Notes: a model not told the origin generated them from the letters alone. Shown: positions 14,391-28,560, numbered from the stretch's first letter. The stretch is 64,000 nt of DNA from the human T2T-CHM13v2.0 reference genome, Homo sapiens (GCF_009914755.1 NC_060925.1); one strand, 5' to 3'. A program made the numbers and translations.

Positions 14391-14771
14391 TGCCTGAGTC
14401 CATTAGTGCTACTGTGACAAAATATCTGAGACTGGGTAATTTATAAATAATAGAAATTGATTTCTCACAGTTCTGGAGGCTGGGAAGTTCAAGATCAATA
14501 TGCTGGCAGTTTTGGCCTCTGGCAAGGGATGCTCTCAGCTTCAAGATGGTGTGTGTCTTTTTGTTGTGTCCCCACATGGCAGACAGTGAAAGGGCAGGAG
14601 AGGCACTAGCTCGTTCCCTACAGCCCTCTTATAAGGTGGCTAGTACCATTCATGAGGGCTCTACCCTTATGACTTACTCACCTTTAAAGGCTCCACCTCT
14701 TAATACTATTGCATTGGGGATTAAGTTTCAACATGACATTTGGAGGGAACAGAAACATTCAAACCATAGCA
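14391..14771 (-). mobile_element. MSTC/MSTD- or MLT1A-type MaLR solo LTR
   Basis: gagactgggtaatttataaa...tctcacagttctggaggctgggaagttcaagatc...acattcaaaccatagca. Confidence 0.8.
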
Positions 14772-15001
14772 ATCCTTGAGGGTTTATACTTTTCATTTGT
14801 TTGTTTCTTTCTTTACTGTCATCTTTTGGGTGGGATTTTCAAGAGGAAACAGATAAAAATACATGTTCAGTATACCACATTTAACTAAAAGTCCAATAAT
14901 CCCTTTTGTTCTTGATATATTTCATTAATATTGATAGCATCTAGAAATAGAAGAGTTTAATTTTTCTATTGATACTAATTTTTGAATGTTTTATTTCTTA
15001 G

Positions 15002-15184
15002 GATGCCTCATTGATGGACATGAACTCCTTCAGCCCTATGATGCCAACATCCCCTTTATCAATGATAAACCAAATCAAGTTTGAGGATGAACCAGATTTA
15101 AAGGATCTCTTCATCACAGTTGATGAACCTGAAAGTCATGTTACTACAATAGAAACTTTCATTACGTATAGGATTATTACTAAG
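15002..15184 (+). CDS. SNX7: SNX7 coding exon (exon 2): DASLMDMNSFSP...TYRIITK, start of PX domain; contains in-frame ATG at 15014
   Basis: ttctta-g acceptor (AG 15000-15001), donor AAG|gtaaac; 183 nt, phase 0-0; peptide LFITVDEPESHVTTIETFITYRI is the SNX7 PX N-terminus (recognised). Confidence 0.96.
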
Positions 15185-16739
15185 GTAAACATTTGATGAA
15201 TATTTTCTTGAATATAGCTGCTTTTTTTTAAGCTTTGGAAGTAAGTACCTCTTGTTCATTATAATTCTGAACATTCCAAGATCTTAGCTGAATTGACTTT
15301 TACTTTTTCAAACCTTTTGGCTAACACATTGCTTCTTATCTGCCCTTCACTTGTTCTGTATTAAGTCAGTGAAATTCAACTTGACTTGAGAAATAGTCAC
15401 TCATTTTATAGCAGCTATACTTCTTAGAATAAGAATATCTAGGTTTTTAGTTTAAAAAAGTATTAAGAAATACCTTTGGAAAAGATGGGCCTCAAGTTGT
15501 TAATAAAAAAAGAAAATGCTTAAACAGTTCGCAATATTATGTATTCAGATTTCTTTGGAAGATTATAAAATATGGTACCATTTGTTTTTCAAAGTGGGAC
15601 AGGTGGCCACTTTGTCTCATGTATGAGATACTGTTATGTGTGCAATAATTCAAGAGCAAAGTAGATCTAGAACACAGATCTCTTTAATCGTAGGGTGAAG
15701 TGCTACAAAGACAATTTACCTCAGACACAATTAAGCAACCACCTAGTATAATCTGTATTTTAAGTCCTTTATTTAATAGCATTTTAAAATAATTCTCTTT
15801 ATAATATTTTGTTTATGAAGCGTCACCCTAGACTTTTATATTTCATAAATGTAAAAAGTACATCTCTTTTTTTAGCTGAAAAAGTTCTGAACTATGTTTC
15901 TATAATCACTTCTTCCAATGAAACTGCCACACTGCTATTAGTTATGTTTCCTGAAGATATATATATCTTATTTCTTCACTTGAATTCTTAAAATCCTTTC
16001 TTGGCCCCTTATTTCAGGCAGAGCAAAGTGCCGACTTTCTTGTATGACATATAAAGAGGCTTCTCAGTCTGGTGCCCACTTACCATATAAGACTTATTTG
16101 TTACACCTCACATTCAGTACCTTGCTTTCCACTCAGGTAGAGCTGCTTCTGTTTTCTGAATATTTAGGGGATCTCTTGCTCTCAAAACTGCATATAGTTT
16201 TCCTTCTGTTTGCTGTGTCCATCCCCTTCTTAGACAGAAGAAGTCATGCTTAGTTTTCAATATACAACTCAAAATGTTAGATGCCTGTGAAAGCTTCTCT
16301 AGTTGTTACTGTCCCCTGGCTGAAATAGTTATTCTTCCTCTGTTTTCTCATACTGTTCTATTGAACTCTTAAGGAATGTAAAACATAAGAGTCAATATAG
16401 CAAAATATCAAAAGCATATATTTAATCCAACTAAGCTGTTTTTTTAAATCAATGAAACTGAGATAATAGAACTCACTTCTGTAGGGTTGCAGTAGAATAA
16501 GTAATCAATGCACACCCCACTTAGTAAAGTGCCTAACACACGATAAGTGTTCAGTAATTGCCATCTACCTGTATGTGAATAGATGTTTATTTGTATTTAT
16601 TCTCAGTGAGTTTGTGAGTTTCTCAAGGAAGGTAACTATATTTTAAGTTATCCATAATTCCAAACACAAATCTTAGGACATAATAAGTAAACTATTTATT
16701 TTGTTGATGAATGAGTGAAGGAATTATCTTAGCTATATC

Positions 16740-17400
16740 AAGATGTGGTAGAGCAAGACAACATGGAGTTGAATCTTGATTTCTCTCCTTCCTTGCTATG
16801 TGACTTGGACAATTTAATTAACCTCTCTATATTAGTTTTCTTGTTTGTAAATAGGATAACAGTACTAACCTCATAAGGTCTTTATGAAGATTGAATATGT
16901 TAATACAGGCATACTGCTAGAGTAGAGCCAAATTTCTTCTATTACTACTGTTATAATTATCTATTGTCATTATCCATTCTAGCAAATAATTTGTGAAACT
17001 GAATTATTTTTCCATCATTTGCGTCTCTCAGAAAGACACTCTTTCTAAAGCCACCTTGTGAGTTTCATTCTGATCATAGACATACTGCTCTTCTGAGTTT
17101 TCCTATTTACACATACTTTAAATGGACTGGTCTTATAGAAGTAGTAATAGTAGTAGTAATAATAATATGAAAATGTATAAACTAGCAAACATTTACTGTG
17201 TGACTGCTTTGTGCCAGGTAATATTCTAACCAGTTTCTACATGTTAACTCATTTAGGCTCACAGTAATCCTCAAACGTAGATATTATGATTTACCCCCAT
17301 TTCATGCACGAGGACACCGAAACTTAGTAGCTTGTTAAAGGTTACACAACATTGTAATTAGCTGAGCTGGGATTTAAATCCAAACAGTTTACTTTCATAG
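16740..17400. mobile_element. two MIR fragments in opposite orientation (~16740-16940, ~17165-17400)
   Basis: tgtgacttggacaatttaattaacctctc and gtgccagg...cccccatttca...ggttacaca...gagctgggatttaaa MIR core motifs. Confidence 0.65.
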
Positions 17401-17800
17401 TATACATTTTTTCTATTATATTTTTGTGCATTTAGGTATGGATGTGGTAAACTTTCAGTTTAACTATTATAAATGACTTCCATTGTTCTACTTCTAATTA
17501 CTTTTACTATTTCATAGTATATAGACTATATCTATATATACAGAAATATATATTACAGATACAAATATATAAATAGTACAGGTAGATCATGTTATCAAAT
17601 AGTCTTTTCTTATTATCATTTACTTACTTATTCCACAAGTTTTATTGAGTACCCCGTTTGTCCCAAGTATTGTGCTTATATATTAAGAATATATCAGTGA
17701 TCAGGATAGGTCTGACAAAAGGAACTTTCTGCTTTCCTGGTGTTTTCACTCTGAAGAAGGGGTGTTTGCATATGATGATATTAAATAATTAATTTTATAC

Positions 17801-18159
17801 TGTGTTAGTTTGTTCTCATGTTGGTAATAAAGACATACCCAGTACTGGGTAATTTATAAAGGCGGGACATTTAATTGACTCACAGTTCCACATGGCTGGA
17901 GTAGGGGGCTCACAATCATGGCAGAAAGCAAGGGGGAAGCAAGACACATCTTACATGGAAGCAGGCAAGAGAGAGCTTGTGCAGGAAAACCCCCATTTAT
18001 AAAACCATCAGATATCATGAGCCTTATTCACTACCATGAAAACAGTATGGGGGAACTGCCCCTATGATTCAATTATCTTCACCTGGCCCCGCCCTTGACA
18101 CATGGGGATTATTACAATTCAAGATGAGATTTGGATGGGGACACAGCCAAACCATATCA
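17801..18159 (-). mobile_element. THE1 solo LTR
   Basis: homologous to the LTRs at 9134 and 11104; TG...CA ends; perfect 5-bp TSD TATAC. Confidence 0.92.
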
Positions 18160-19016
18160 TATACTAAGTAATTTCTTTATAGTTATAAATATTTTGAAGG
18201 AAAAATATTGGATATTATGAGCATGGGATACACCATCTAATTTGGAGGTTGAAAGATGGCTTTCCTGGGAAAATCTTAGTTTTGTAAATATTTATATTCA
18301 TGGGTACTAAGGATTGTAAGGGTAAATGAATATACACATACATACATGGACAATCACCTATTTAGGAATACTTAAGAATGATCCAACTGTGAATGATTGT
18401 ATCGGGAAGACCACATTTGTGGCATCTGTTCTTTTTATGGGAAATTACCCTTTGTTGTCTAGGTTAGCATATTTTAAGTGACTGTTATAGAGAAGTATTT
18501 TCTCTTTTGGAGATCTAAAGATGTACGTTCTCTTAGTACATATAAGAGTAAGAATGAAGAGATTTAACAAGGTACTTTCCTTCCACTTCCTCTTTGTGAA
18601 AACAAACCTATAAATGCCTGTCATTGTATAGTTAGGAGTTAAGCTGTATTCTTGATTGGCTGAACTGACTATTAAGTTTCATTTTCCCTCAAAAAAAGTT
18701 TTCTAAATAATGAGTTTAGAATAACTGTTCACACTTGACTGAAGATTGGTATTTTTGGAATAAATGCTTTTGGGGGTAGAGATCACACAAGTTCATTAGT
18801 ACTAAACTTCAAATACCCAAGCTTTTATGGTCAAACATGAAAAATTGGCCAGCATTTTCAATGTTGCTTCCATAGAAAATTGTATTCTATGTTAGAAGCA
18901 TTATTTATACTCCAAATGCACTTTATGAAATACATGATATTTCTAAGTTGGATATATGTTATCAAACCCAGTTATTTCTACAGTTTGGAAGCTTTTGTTT
19001 GGAAGCTTTTGTGCAT

Positions 19017-19312
19017 CTTTTTTCTTTTTTTCTTTTTTCGAGACAGAGTCTCGCTCTGTCACCCAGGGTAGAGTACAGTGGCGTGATCTTAGCTCACTGC
19101 AACCTCTGCCTCCTGGGTTCAAGTGATTCTCCTGCCTCAGCCTCCTGAGTAGCTGAGATTACAGGTGCGTGCCACTACGTCTGGCTAATTTTTGTATTTT
19201 TAGTAAAGATGGGGTTTCACCATGTTGGTCAGGCTTGTCTCGAACTCCTGACCTCGTGATCTGCCTGCCTCGGCCTCCCAAAATGCTGGGATTACAGGCG
19301 TGAGCCACTGCG
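19017..19312 (-). mobile_element. AluS, antisense
   Basis: poly-T then gagacagagtctcgctc...gtgagccactgcg. Confidence 0.92.
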
Positions 19313-21191
19313 ACATCTTACAGTGATCAAATTTGTCCACTTTAGAAGGGACAATGATTCTATTACTTGCTGTAGGGAAATTAGTCTTGTTCCAAACCCT
19401 GCTGATAATGACTGTTTTCCTTATCATATTCCTACATATGTGTCTCTTACAACCCTTCAAGAGAAGAATGAAATCTTACAGTAGGAAGAAATAACATATT
19501 CTTCTCGTTGCTTGCACTTATCCTCTGTTTTCTTCTTCTGTTGCACTACATTAGAGAATTCTTTTGAGTCAGTGACAGAGTGATGAGGATAGACTGAACC
19601 AATTATTTGACTTGATTTTATATCTTCTTACTGGAATTTATACTAGATTGTTTTATGCTTACTTAAAATGTTGGATATTCTTAAGGACATATACAGCTCA
19701 ATCTTATTTTAACTGCTGGTTTTTTTCTTTTGAGTGCTTCATTGTTCGTTATGGCAATTTATATTCTTAGAAATTGGTAGTGGACCTGTACGTATGTACC
19801 CGGTACAAGGAGATGCTCAGTAATATTTTTTAATGAGTTACTCTAAACCATGTTTTGGGTGCATATGTATGTGTGCATGCATCTATTTGCATATGGACAT
19901 ACACTGACCAGTCTATATTATTAAACTGTGCTGGTATTTGATATAGTTTTCCTGTTTTTACCATTTCCATATCATGTACCATGTTGCATAATAGTTAAGA
20001 TTTTGTAGTGTTTTGTGAACATTTAGTTTCTTAGATTTCTGCATTTCATTCGCTCCCACTTTTTCCCATTATAAAGGGAATGTTGTACAAAGATACATTG
20101 TATGATATTCTGAACATTCATTTTAAGAGAATAAACTTTGGAAAGTATAGCTTTCATGGACCTTATTTTATGACATTGAAGATTGCATCTTATGACTTGG
20201 ACTGTTTAATTTACAATTGTGTACATCTGTGTGGGTGATGGATATTTCTGGTGAGTGTGAAATATATATGCAATGTGTTATTCCATGTTTACTTCTGCAG
20301 GAAAATTTCAACCTAAATATTACTGCATGTAATTTTTAATATGCAAAAATTCAGTTAAATAAGGTATTGGTGTGAGTGACTGTTTTCCTATGAGAGGTGA
20401 GTGTACATTAGATAACTCATATTTTTATCTTTGGCTTGGGACTCAGGCAATAGAAATGAGGTTGATATTGTACCCATGTTCTTCTTGTCATATGTGTTGG
20501 CATGGATTTTTGGTTTGTTGAGAACAGATATTTTAATGTATTTGCTTAATTTTTAGGAGTTTAGGCATATAACCCAAAATAAAATTCTTTGAGAAATGAC
20601 AGGAAGATTTTCTTTTCACATCAAATGTCTATTAATTACTTTTTAAACAGTGGTAAAATCACTCTAAAATGTTAGAATTTTCATATACTAAAAGCAAATC
20701 CTAGCACAGCAATTCATTTGAGCAAATTCCAAGAAAACATTTTTCTCAGTTACATTCAGGTTATTTTCCAAATTGCAAAAATAGGACTTTCCTCAAATTC
20801 TGAATTCTAATCATCTTGAGAAAAGAAATATATTTGAAACCTAAATTCAGAACACACTTGCTTGTTAGCAAGAAAGTCATGCCAAAGATAATAGTAGTTA
20901 AAATCTTGTGGAAGGCAGATGGTTGTTGTAAGACAGATTTTTCAGTTTGGATTTTAAATTTAAGTATGATATTTGCTTTCTTTCTGGAAATACCAGAAAG
21001 TTTGCTTTATTTCATCTGCTACATGAATAGATGACAAAAAAGAAAAAAATTACAGGCTGACAAACACTGAATAATTAGGATGTGTTAATTTTTCTTAGAG
21101 ACCCATTTATTTCACAATGTCTAAAATAACGTTAGGCAAATACCTTCTATCTTATATTGCATGTGCTGTTATTTTCTCTTACTTTCTTCAG

Positions 21192-21302
21192 ACATCTCGT
21201 GGGGAATTTGACTCCAGTGAATTTGAAGTTAGGAGACGATATCAAGATTTCCTTTGGTTGAAGGGAAAACTGGAAGAAGCACACCCCACTCTGATTATTC
21301 CA
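21192..21302 (+). CDS. SNX7: SNX7 coding exon (exon 3): TSRGEFDSSEFEVRRRYQDFLWLKGKLEEAHPTLIIP, PX core
   Basis: tttcttcag acceptor, CA|gtaagt donor; 111 nt; RRY.DF.WL PX-domain signature. Confidence 0.97.
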
Positions 21303-21651
21303 GTAAGTTTGCAAAATTTTTTTTTTCATAGAATAGCTACCAGTTTTCTAGTGAGTCTTTTTGAATGCCTAAAACCTAATTTCAGACCTTAAGTTCACTG
21401 TAATTCATTTATCTTAGGAATAATATTTATTTCTAAGTGTTTCAATCAATGTACATTTTTTTTTTAAAAAAAACTCTTCATAATGTGTTATGATTTCTCA
21501 TTTTTGGTTCTAACATTGTGAATTTTTAAAAATTATTTTTATAAGAAATGATCAGATGTTCAACTAGTCTTCCAAACAGGGAAAGCGTAGAATTGCTTAT
21601 AAACCTATGGCTAATAATACTTGAATACCTTTTTAATTTTTTTTGCCTTAG

Positions 21652-21816
21652 CCATTGCCAGAAAAGTTTATAGTAAAAGGAATGGTGGAACGCTTTAACG
21701 ATGACTTCATTGAGACACGCAGGAAGGCTTTACATAAATTTTTGAACCGAATTGCTGATCATCCAACTTTAACATTTAATGAAGACTTCAAAATTTTTCT
21801 CACTGCACAAGCTTGG
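21652..21816 (+). CDS. SNX7: SNX7 coding exon (exon 4): [10 protein letters not shown]...FLTAQAW, end of PX domain
   Basis: ttttgccttag acceptor, TGG|gtaaat donor; 165 nt; PPLPEK and FIE.RR..L..FL PX motifs continue the frame from the previous exon. Confidence 0.97.
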
Positions 21817-22023
21817 GTAAATGATTTTTATTTATACTCATATAATCTTTGGGTGTCTGTATCTATAGTAGATTGTATTGTTCCTCTTGTTTACCGTTAC
21901 AAATCATGCAGTGGTGTACTTGAATTGAGATGGAATTTTTCAGAAACACTGGAGAGTTATCCTTCAGATATAACCCTGTGTCAAATCTACATATAAATAT
22001 TACAGAAATCTTGTATCTTCTCC

Positions 22024-22024
<1 letters not shown>

Positions 22025-22094
<70 letters not shown>
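22025..22094. repeat. compound (TA)n(CA)n(CT)n microsatellite
   Basis: directly visible, ~210 bp downstream of exon 4. Confidence 0.95.
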
Positions 22095-22095
<1 letters not shown>

Positions 22096-22173
22096 ATGTT
22101 TTTATGTCAGGGTGCTTCTTGCATAAATAGCAAATACTGAACAGGTATAAATATATTTCTTTCATTGACACTG

Positions 22174-23221
22174 TAGTTGACCCTTGAACAACATGGCGGT
22201 TAGGGAAGCCAACCCCTTATGAAATTGAAAATCCATGTGTAACTTTTAATTTCTCAGAAACTTAACTACTAGTAGCCTCCTGTTGATTGGAAGCCTTAAC
22301 TGTAACATAAACAGTTGGTTAACACATATGTATACCTTTTGTGTATTATATACTGTATTTTTTGCAATAAAGTAACCTAGAGAAAAGAAAATGTTATTTA
22401 AGAAAATCCTAAGGAAGACAAAATATACCAACAGTATTCTACTGTATTTATTGATACCAAGTTTATGTTGTCTGTTTACAAGATGAATTGTCAGTCTGAA
22501 ATGGAGGGCAATGACAGTGGCAGACCTCAGTCTATGGTACTTAGCAAGCAATTCAACTTTTTTTGTAATGACATGACTTTTCTCTGCTTCTTGGGAACAT
22601 TTCCAGCATCACTAGTGGCACTTCATATGGGTCCCATGGTATTATTTCAGGTTTATAGTATTGCACTAAACACAATAAAAAAAATACATGGGAACCACAA
22701 GAGATCACTTTTTACTGCTACACCCAATTTAATGGAGAGATGAACTACTCACATGGAGATGATCAGCGTCACATGGCATTTTAAGCAGATATTCACAACA
22801 CTTGAGCTCACCACAAATAGCAACAGGAGGGCTACAAAAATAGTACAATAGTACAGTGTGTAGTGTAGTTAATTTTAAGCAGTTTTGATTTAATACTGCA
22901 TCTTTATGTTTGTTTACATTTCTCTCAACTGCATATGGTGGCATGTAAGTCAAAATATGTGCATACGTTTTGATAAATTTTAACTTTTTATAATAGATTT
23001 ATACACATTTTAGGGTAGTAAATGATAGACTAGTATCCACATACATTTTGTGGATTCATGACATACCTTTCTCTCAGTTTTTTCTACATTTCTGGACTAT
23101 GTGGTTTGTGAGTTTTTTTTAGTTGTCACAAATCTCCAAAAAATTTTCCAGTATATTTATTGAAAAAAGTCCACATGTGTGGACCTGCTTAGCTCACACC
23201 TGTGTTGTTCAAGGGTCTACT
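22174..23221. mobile_element. Tigger2-family (Tigger2b-like) DNA transposon
   Basis: terminal inverted repeats agttgacccttgaacaaca ... tgttgttcaagggtctact; ~1.05 kb. Confidence 0.82.
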
Positions 23222-23280
23222 TTATTTTGAGTAATAATGGATCAGGGCTTTTTAAGTTAGGATAAAAGTCCTTATTAAAT

Positions 23281-23340
23281 GGGTAGATGGATGAATGGAG
23301 ATGGATGGATGGATGGATGGATGGACGGACAGATAGATAA
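23281..23340. repeat. (GGAT)n-like microsatellite
   Basis: directly visible. Confidence 0.9.
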
Positions 23341-24165
23341 TATAATCTCCTTACTTTTCCTTTAATTATCTAAGTGGGGGAGTGTCTAATTTCTAATACA
23401 GAAACCTTATCCATTCTACTTGTTTTTTCTTTTATTCTATAAAGCTATAACTCTGCAAGAAAGATACCAGACAGGACAAAGGGTCAATATTAAACAGTTA
23501 CTGGCAAATGTTGAGTTTTATATCTCTCAGTTGTTGCCAGTGGTAGAAGCTAAAAAGTGGTTCATTTCAATCTTGACAGATAGTCCTCTATGGAAGCCCT
23601 TTGTGACTTATGTGAAATGAATATGCGGCCTGACTTCAGAACCTTAGAAGCTGTTAGAAATATTTTCTACAGTCAACAGTTTCAGTAACAGCTTGCCAGT
23701 TGTGACGTGAGCTGTCTCTGATAATGTTTACTCTATCAAATGAGGCTGTAGCACTCTTGGATGGATGTATTGCCTGGTCAAGGATGGCATCTGTTATTAT
23801 TGGCACAAAAGAAATCACACAGAATTGGAAATAAACAAGTTTACTTTGTATGTATTCTGCAAGATATTCAGGAATGAAAACCTGAAGGAAGATAGACAAT
23901 GTGTTATTTAATATTTGGGTAAATAATATATAATATTTTTATCTGTAAATTAGGTAGTCAGCAGTATTTTATTTGATCATATATTTTATTCGATCCCAAG
24001 CTTGTGTCTCAACAAGGGCCACAATGATTATTAAAATCCCTTGTCCTTTTTTGTTTGTATTTGTTCTTTTAACTTATGCCATACTTCTCAAGGGATATGT
24101 TTCTGTGCAGTATATTCTTTTATAGGATGTTTTCTATTTTGCAAGTCTATAGTCGTCCCTCCTAG

Positions 24166-24511
<346 letters not shown>

Positions 24512-24689
24512 AAGTTTTCTCTGTAGACAGCCAGTTGGTGAAGGTGGTGTCACTGTTTACCCACTTCATTTGGCTGAAGTGCTATGTTCAGGTAGTATCT
24601 ATTTACAAACCATCCTAATGACTTTAAGCGGGCAGAGCAAGTTGGTGCTTAATAATGAAGCCTCTGGAATCAGACTTCCAGGATTCTAG

Positions 24690-25049
<360 letters not shown>

Positions 25050-25647
25050 TGAGCAAGTTAGTTAACTTTCCTGTGCCTCTATTTTCTTCTGTAAAATGAG
25101 GAAAATAATAAAACCTACCTCATAGGTTTATGGTGAATTACGTGTATTAAAATGTCAGTATAGTGCCCAGAATGTATTAAGCTCTAAATAAATGTTAGCT
25201 ACTATTACATCTAAAGAATTAATGAAGTTTTCCAATTTTATTTTTTGGAGTATAACTTAGGCCCTGAGAAATCTTCTCTCAATCATTTTCCATTAAATTC
25301 CTATTATAAAATATAGATGGTATGTCATATTATCCTTATCTCCTCTAGTATCTCATTGAGCACTATTCTGTCGGTTAAACCCTGTTCTTTTAAAGATTTA
25401 CGGTCTGAGGAAAGACTATATACCTGTTTTACATGAGTAGTGTGAAAGGGAATATTATTGAGGCTGCCACTTAGAGGAAACACTGTACCTTAATAAAGCT
25501 CATCTGCTTCAAGCTAACATTAAAAAAGATTGATGCCTATGAAACCATTTTATCTTGATTTTATTCTCCTAATTAGGTTTATTTTTGTATTGAGTCTCGG
25601 AATATTGAGACTTGTTTCACTAGAAATACTTGGTTTTTTGTTTCTAG

Positions 25648-25846
25648 GAACTCTCTTCTCACAAGAAGCAAGGTCCTGGCTTGCTAAGCAGGATGGGGCA
25701 AACCGTCAGAGCTGTTGCGTCCTCAATGAGAGGAGTTAAAAACCGCCCAGAGGAGTTCATGGAAATGAATAACTTTATTGAACTATTTAGCCAGAAAATA
25801 AATTTGATAGATAAAATATCTCAGAGAATTTATAAGGAAGAAAGGG
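25648..25846 (+). CDS. SNX7: SNX7 coding exon (exon 5): ELSSHKKQGPGLLSRMGQ...IYKEER, linker and BAR start
   Basis: tttgtttctag acceptor, GG|gtaagt donor; 199 nt, phase 0-1; open in the frame set by exon 4 (this frame is absent from the ORF track). Confidence 0.95.
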
Positions 25847-27759
25847 GTAAGTAGAATTACTGAAATGTGATTTCAAAGTTGTTCAGTTTCTGATGAATCT
25901 TCACATTTGTTGGTGTAATATAGCAACATTCAGTTAGAATGTCAGCTTCAAAGTGTGGCTTATTCCTAGCCATCTTATGGACATTTCTGATTCCTAAATG
26001 ATTTCGAAGGTAGTTATGGCCAGTCTCCATTTTCACTTTTATCAATCACTAGCTGCTCTACTTCCCATTCATAGATAATAGTGGTAAAGTAAGCCCGAGT
26101 TAAAGATTGTGGATGTGGTTGTTTGTATTCAACATGGAACAGAGCTCAGAATCAAAGAAGTGATGTTTCAGGAAATAGGGTTTTCATATTTTCTGGTAAT
26201 TATTTTTTTCTGGAGGGAACAGATACTCTGTATTAAACCTGTCGAAGTATGGCAGAGAGATTTACGTATTGGAAAATCTGCCTCTTTTCCTATTTTCTTT
26301 TTTTTTTTTAGTTTATAAATCAGAATTGTTGGTGAATTTTTTTCTAATTCTAATCACGTGATGATTTTTTCCCCTAATTTTCTAATTGCATTTACTTACA
26401 TTAAAAAATAGATAACTGAGTCAGCAAATAATTTCCTAATATAATTTGTTATTAGAGATGAGGAACTACATAAAGACAAACAAAAGTTCCTAAGTTGATG
26501 GCTTATTTGTTAATTGACCTCTACTTAACTGTACTGCCAGTCAGAATAAGCTGGGAAATATCTTATTTCTAGTATCCGGGCAGTGTTTAAACATAATAAG
26601 TACTTAATTAAAATTTGTTCAGTGATTGAAAAAAAACCACGAATGAACATAAGATTTGGAATGGTGTAGGAAAAGGTGCTTTATTAAGAATTGATTGGTT
26701 TTAAAAAGAGATATAGAAAAAAATTATAACTGCATGTACTTTGCCCCTTTTCTAACTTTTTTTCATGCATTGACCCCTGATGAGATTACTGTAGTGACTG
26801 AATGTAGTATAATAATTTATTTTAAACCTCTTTGGTTTGCCCTTACATTTATTATTTGTCTTTTTTTTTTAACCTGAATAAGTGAATTATTTTAACTAGG
26901 TTCTGTGATTCCAGTTCTATTAAGTAGATTCTGGATGCATAGTTAGGTGGTATGGCAATTCAAAGAGATGTCTGGAAACTATTGGTAGTTAAGAGCTTTA
27001 TAAACTATCAATGAGTATCAAAGAGTAATTAAGATGGTACCTGTTAAGCTCACAGTCTAGTTGGGAAATATGTATATTAACAGATAAATTACAGTGCAGC
27101 TAACTAAATGTTTGCATACAGATTGATTTGAGTGGTATGTAAGCACAGTTTAGAATTTTAGGGCAGCTTTGCATATAAACATAAATGTTGTTCAGGTTTA
27201 ATGACTGACATTGACATATATTGAGAAAATGAGAAATTTGAGATTTCTCAATTGACTCAATTGAGAAAAGAAAGTGGAAAATTTTCTTTTCCAGAAATTA
27301 GTTCAGTATGGTCATTATTTAACATAAAGACAGGCCTAGGATCAGGAAGGTGGAGTTTGGAAGGACTACAGAGGTGATTAAATGTTCATTACATAACAAC
27401 TAGTATCTCCATTGTTTTTAAATTTCATATTTTTAAACTTTTTATTTAATACAGACTTTTAAAGTTTTAGTAGTTTAGAGAAATATGACAGATATCAGCA
27501 AACCCTAATGAGTTGTAAGATGGTTAAATATAGATAATTTGATTGTATTTATATGGATAGTGAACAAAAAACGGTCACTGCTTATAAATTTTCCACCACA
27601 AAAAGCTATACATCATTGAAAATTAAGTGTGAAAGTAAGAATGTAAAATTGTAAAGACAGTCACATTTTAAAATGAAATCCAAAAATTTTTGAATACATA
27701 GCGTATCAAACACTGAATGGTCTTTGGTTACTCATGTATGCATTCTTTCATTGATATGA

Positions 27760-28560
27760 AAATATTTATTGAACTCATTACATATAAGGGTTTGAGATAG
27801 AAAAATAATAAGACTCAGTCCCTGTTTTAAGGAGTATGTGGCCAAGAGCATTTGAGTTATAAGACATCTATAATACAGTGGGATAATGCTTTAATAGAAG
27901 TATAAAATTATGATAAGCTCATTGAGGGCCAAAGCATCTATGAATCCTTTGGAACAGAATCAGAGGAGATTTATTTGAACTGGAATTTAAAGGATTAGAA
28001 GTAGTTTGTCAGGTGATAGAAATGGAGGACAAGGCAGAGGGACATGTGCAAATGTTTTTGTAAAGAGAAATCATGGGTTATTCATGAATGAACAAGCAAT
28101 TTGGCTTGAGTTAAAATCTTTGGCAGAGAATTTCACATTGGACCTGGAGAAGCAGACGGTGAGGACTAATTTAACTAATTTAATTTAACTAATTCTAATT
28201 TAGCTACAAAGAGTCAATGTTTCTATACTCTGATAAAAATAGAGGGAGAATAGTTAGGAGACCCTTGAAGCAGTACAGATTAGAGATGCTGATGGTGGTG
28301 GAAGTGAAGATAAGTACATAGGTAGATGGATAGTTTAAGATCTCGAAGTTTTGGAATTGGTGATTTACTGGCTCTGTGTAAGTATGATTCTAGGATAACC
28401 TCCCAATTTTTTGCTTAGATTTATGGATAGTAATTACCACTAAGTAGAATATATAGTCAGAAGAAGGGGAGAAAGAAGATGCTAAGTTTTTTTCAGGGCA
28501 TGTTGCCTGTCAGGTACTCAGATATAGTTGTGTGGTAGGCAGAAGCCTAAATAGATATGA
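27760..28560. mobile_element. L2 fragment
   Basis: aaatatttattgaac...agactcagtccctg purine-rich L2-like stretch; boundaries approximate. Confidence 0.55.
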
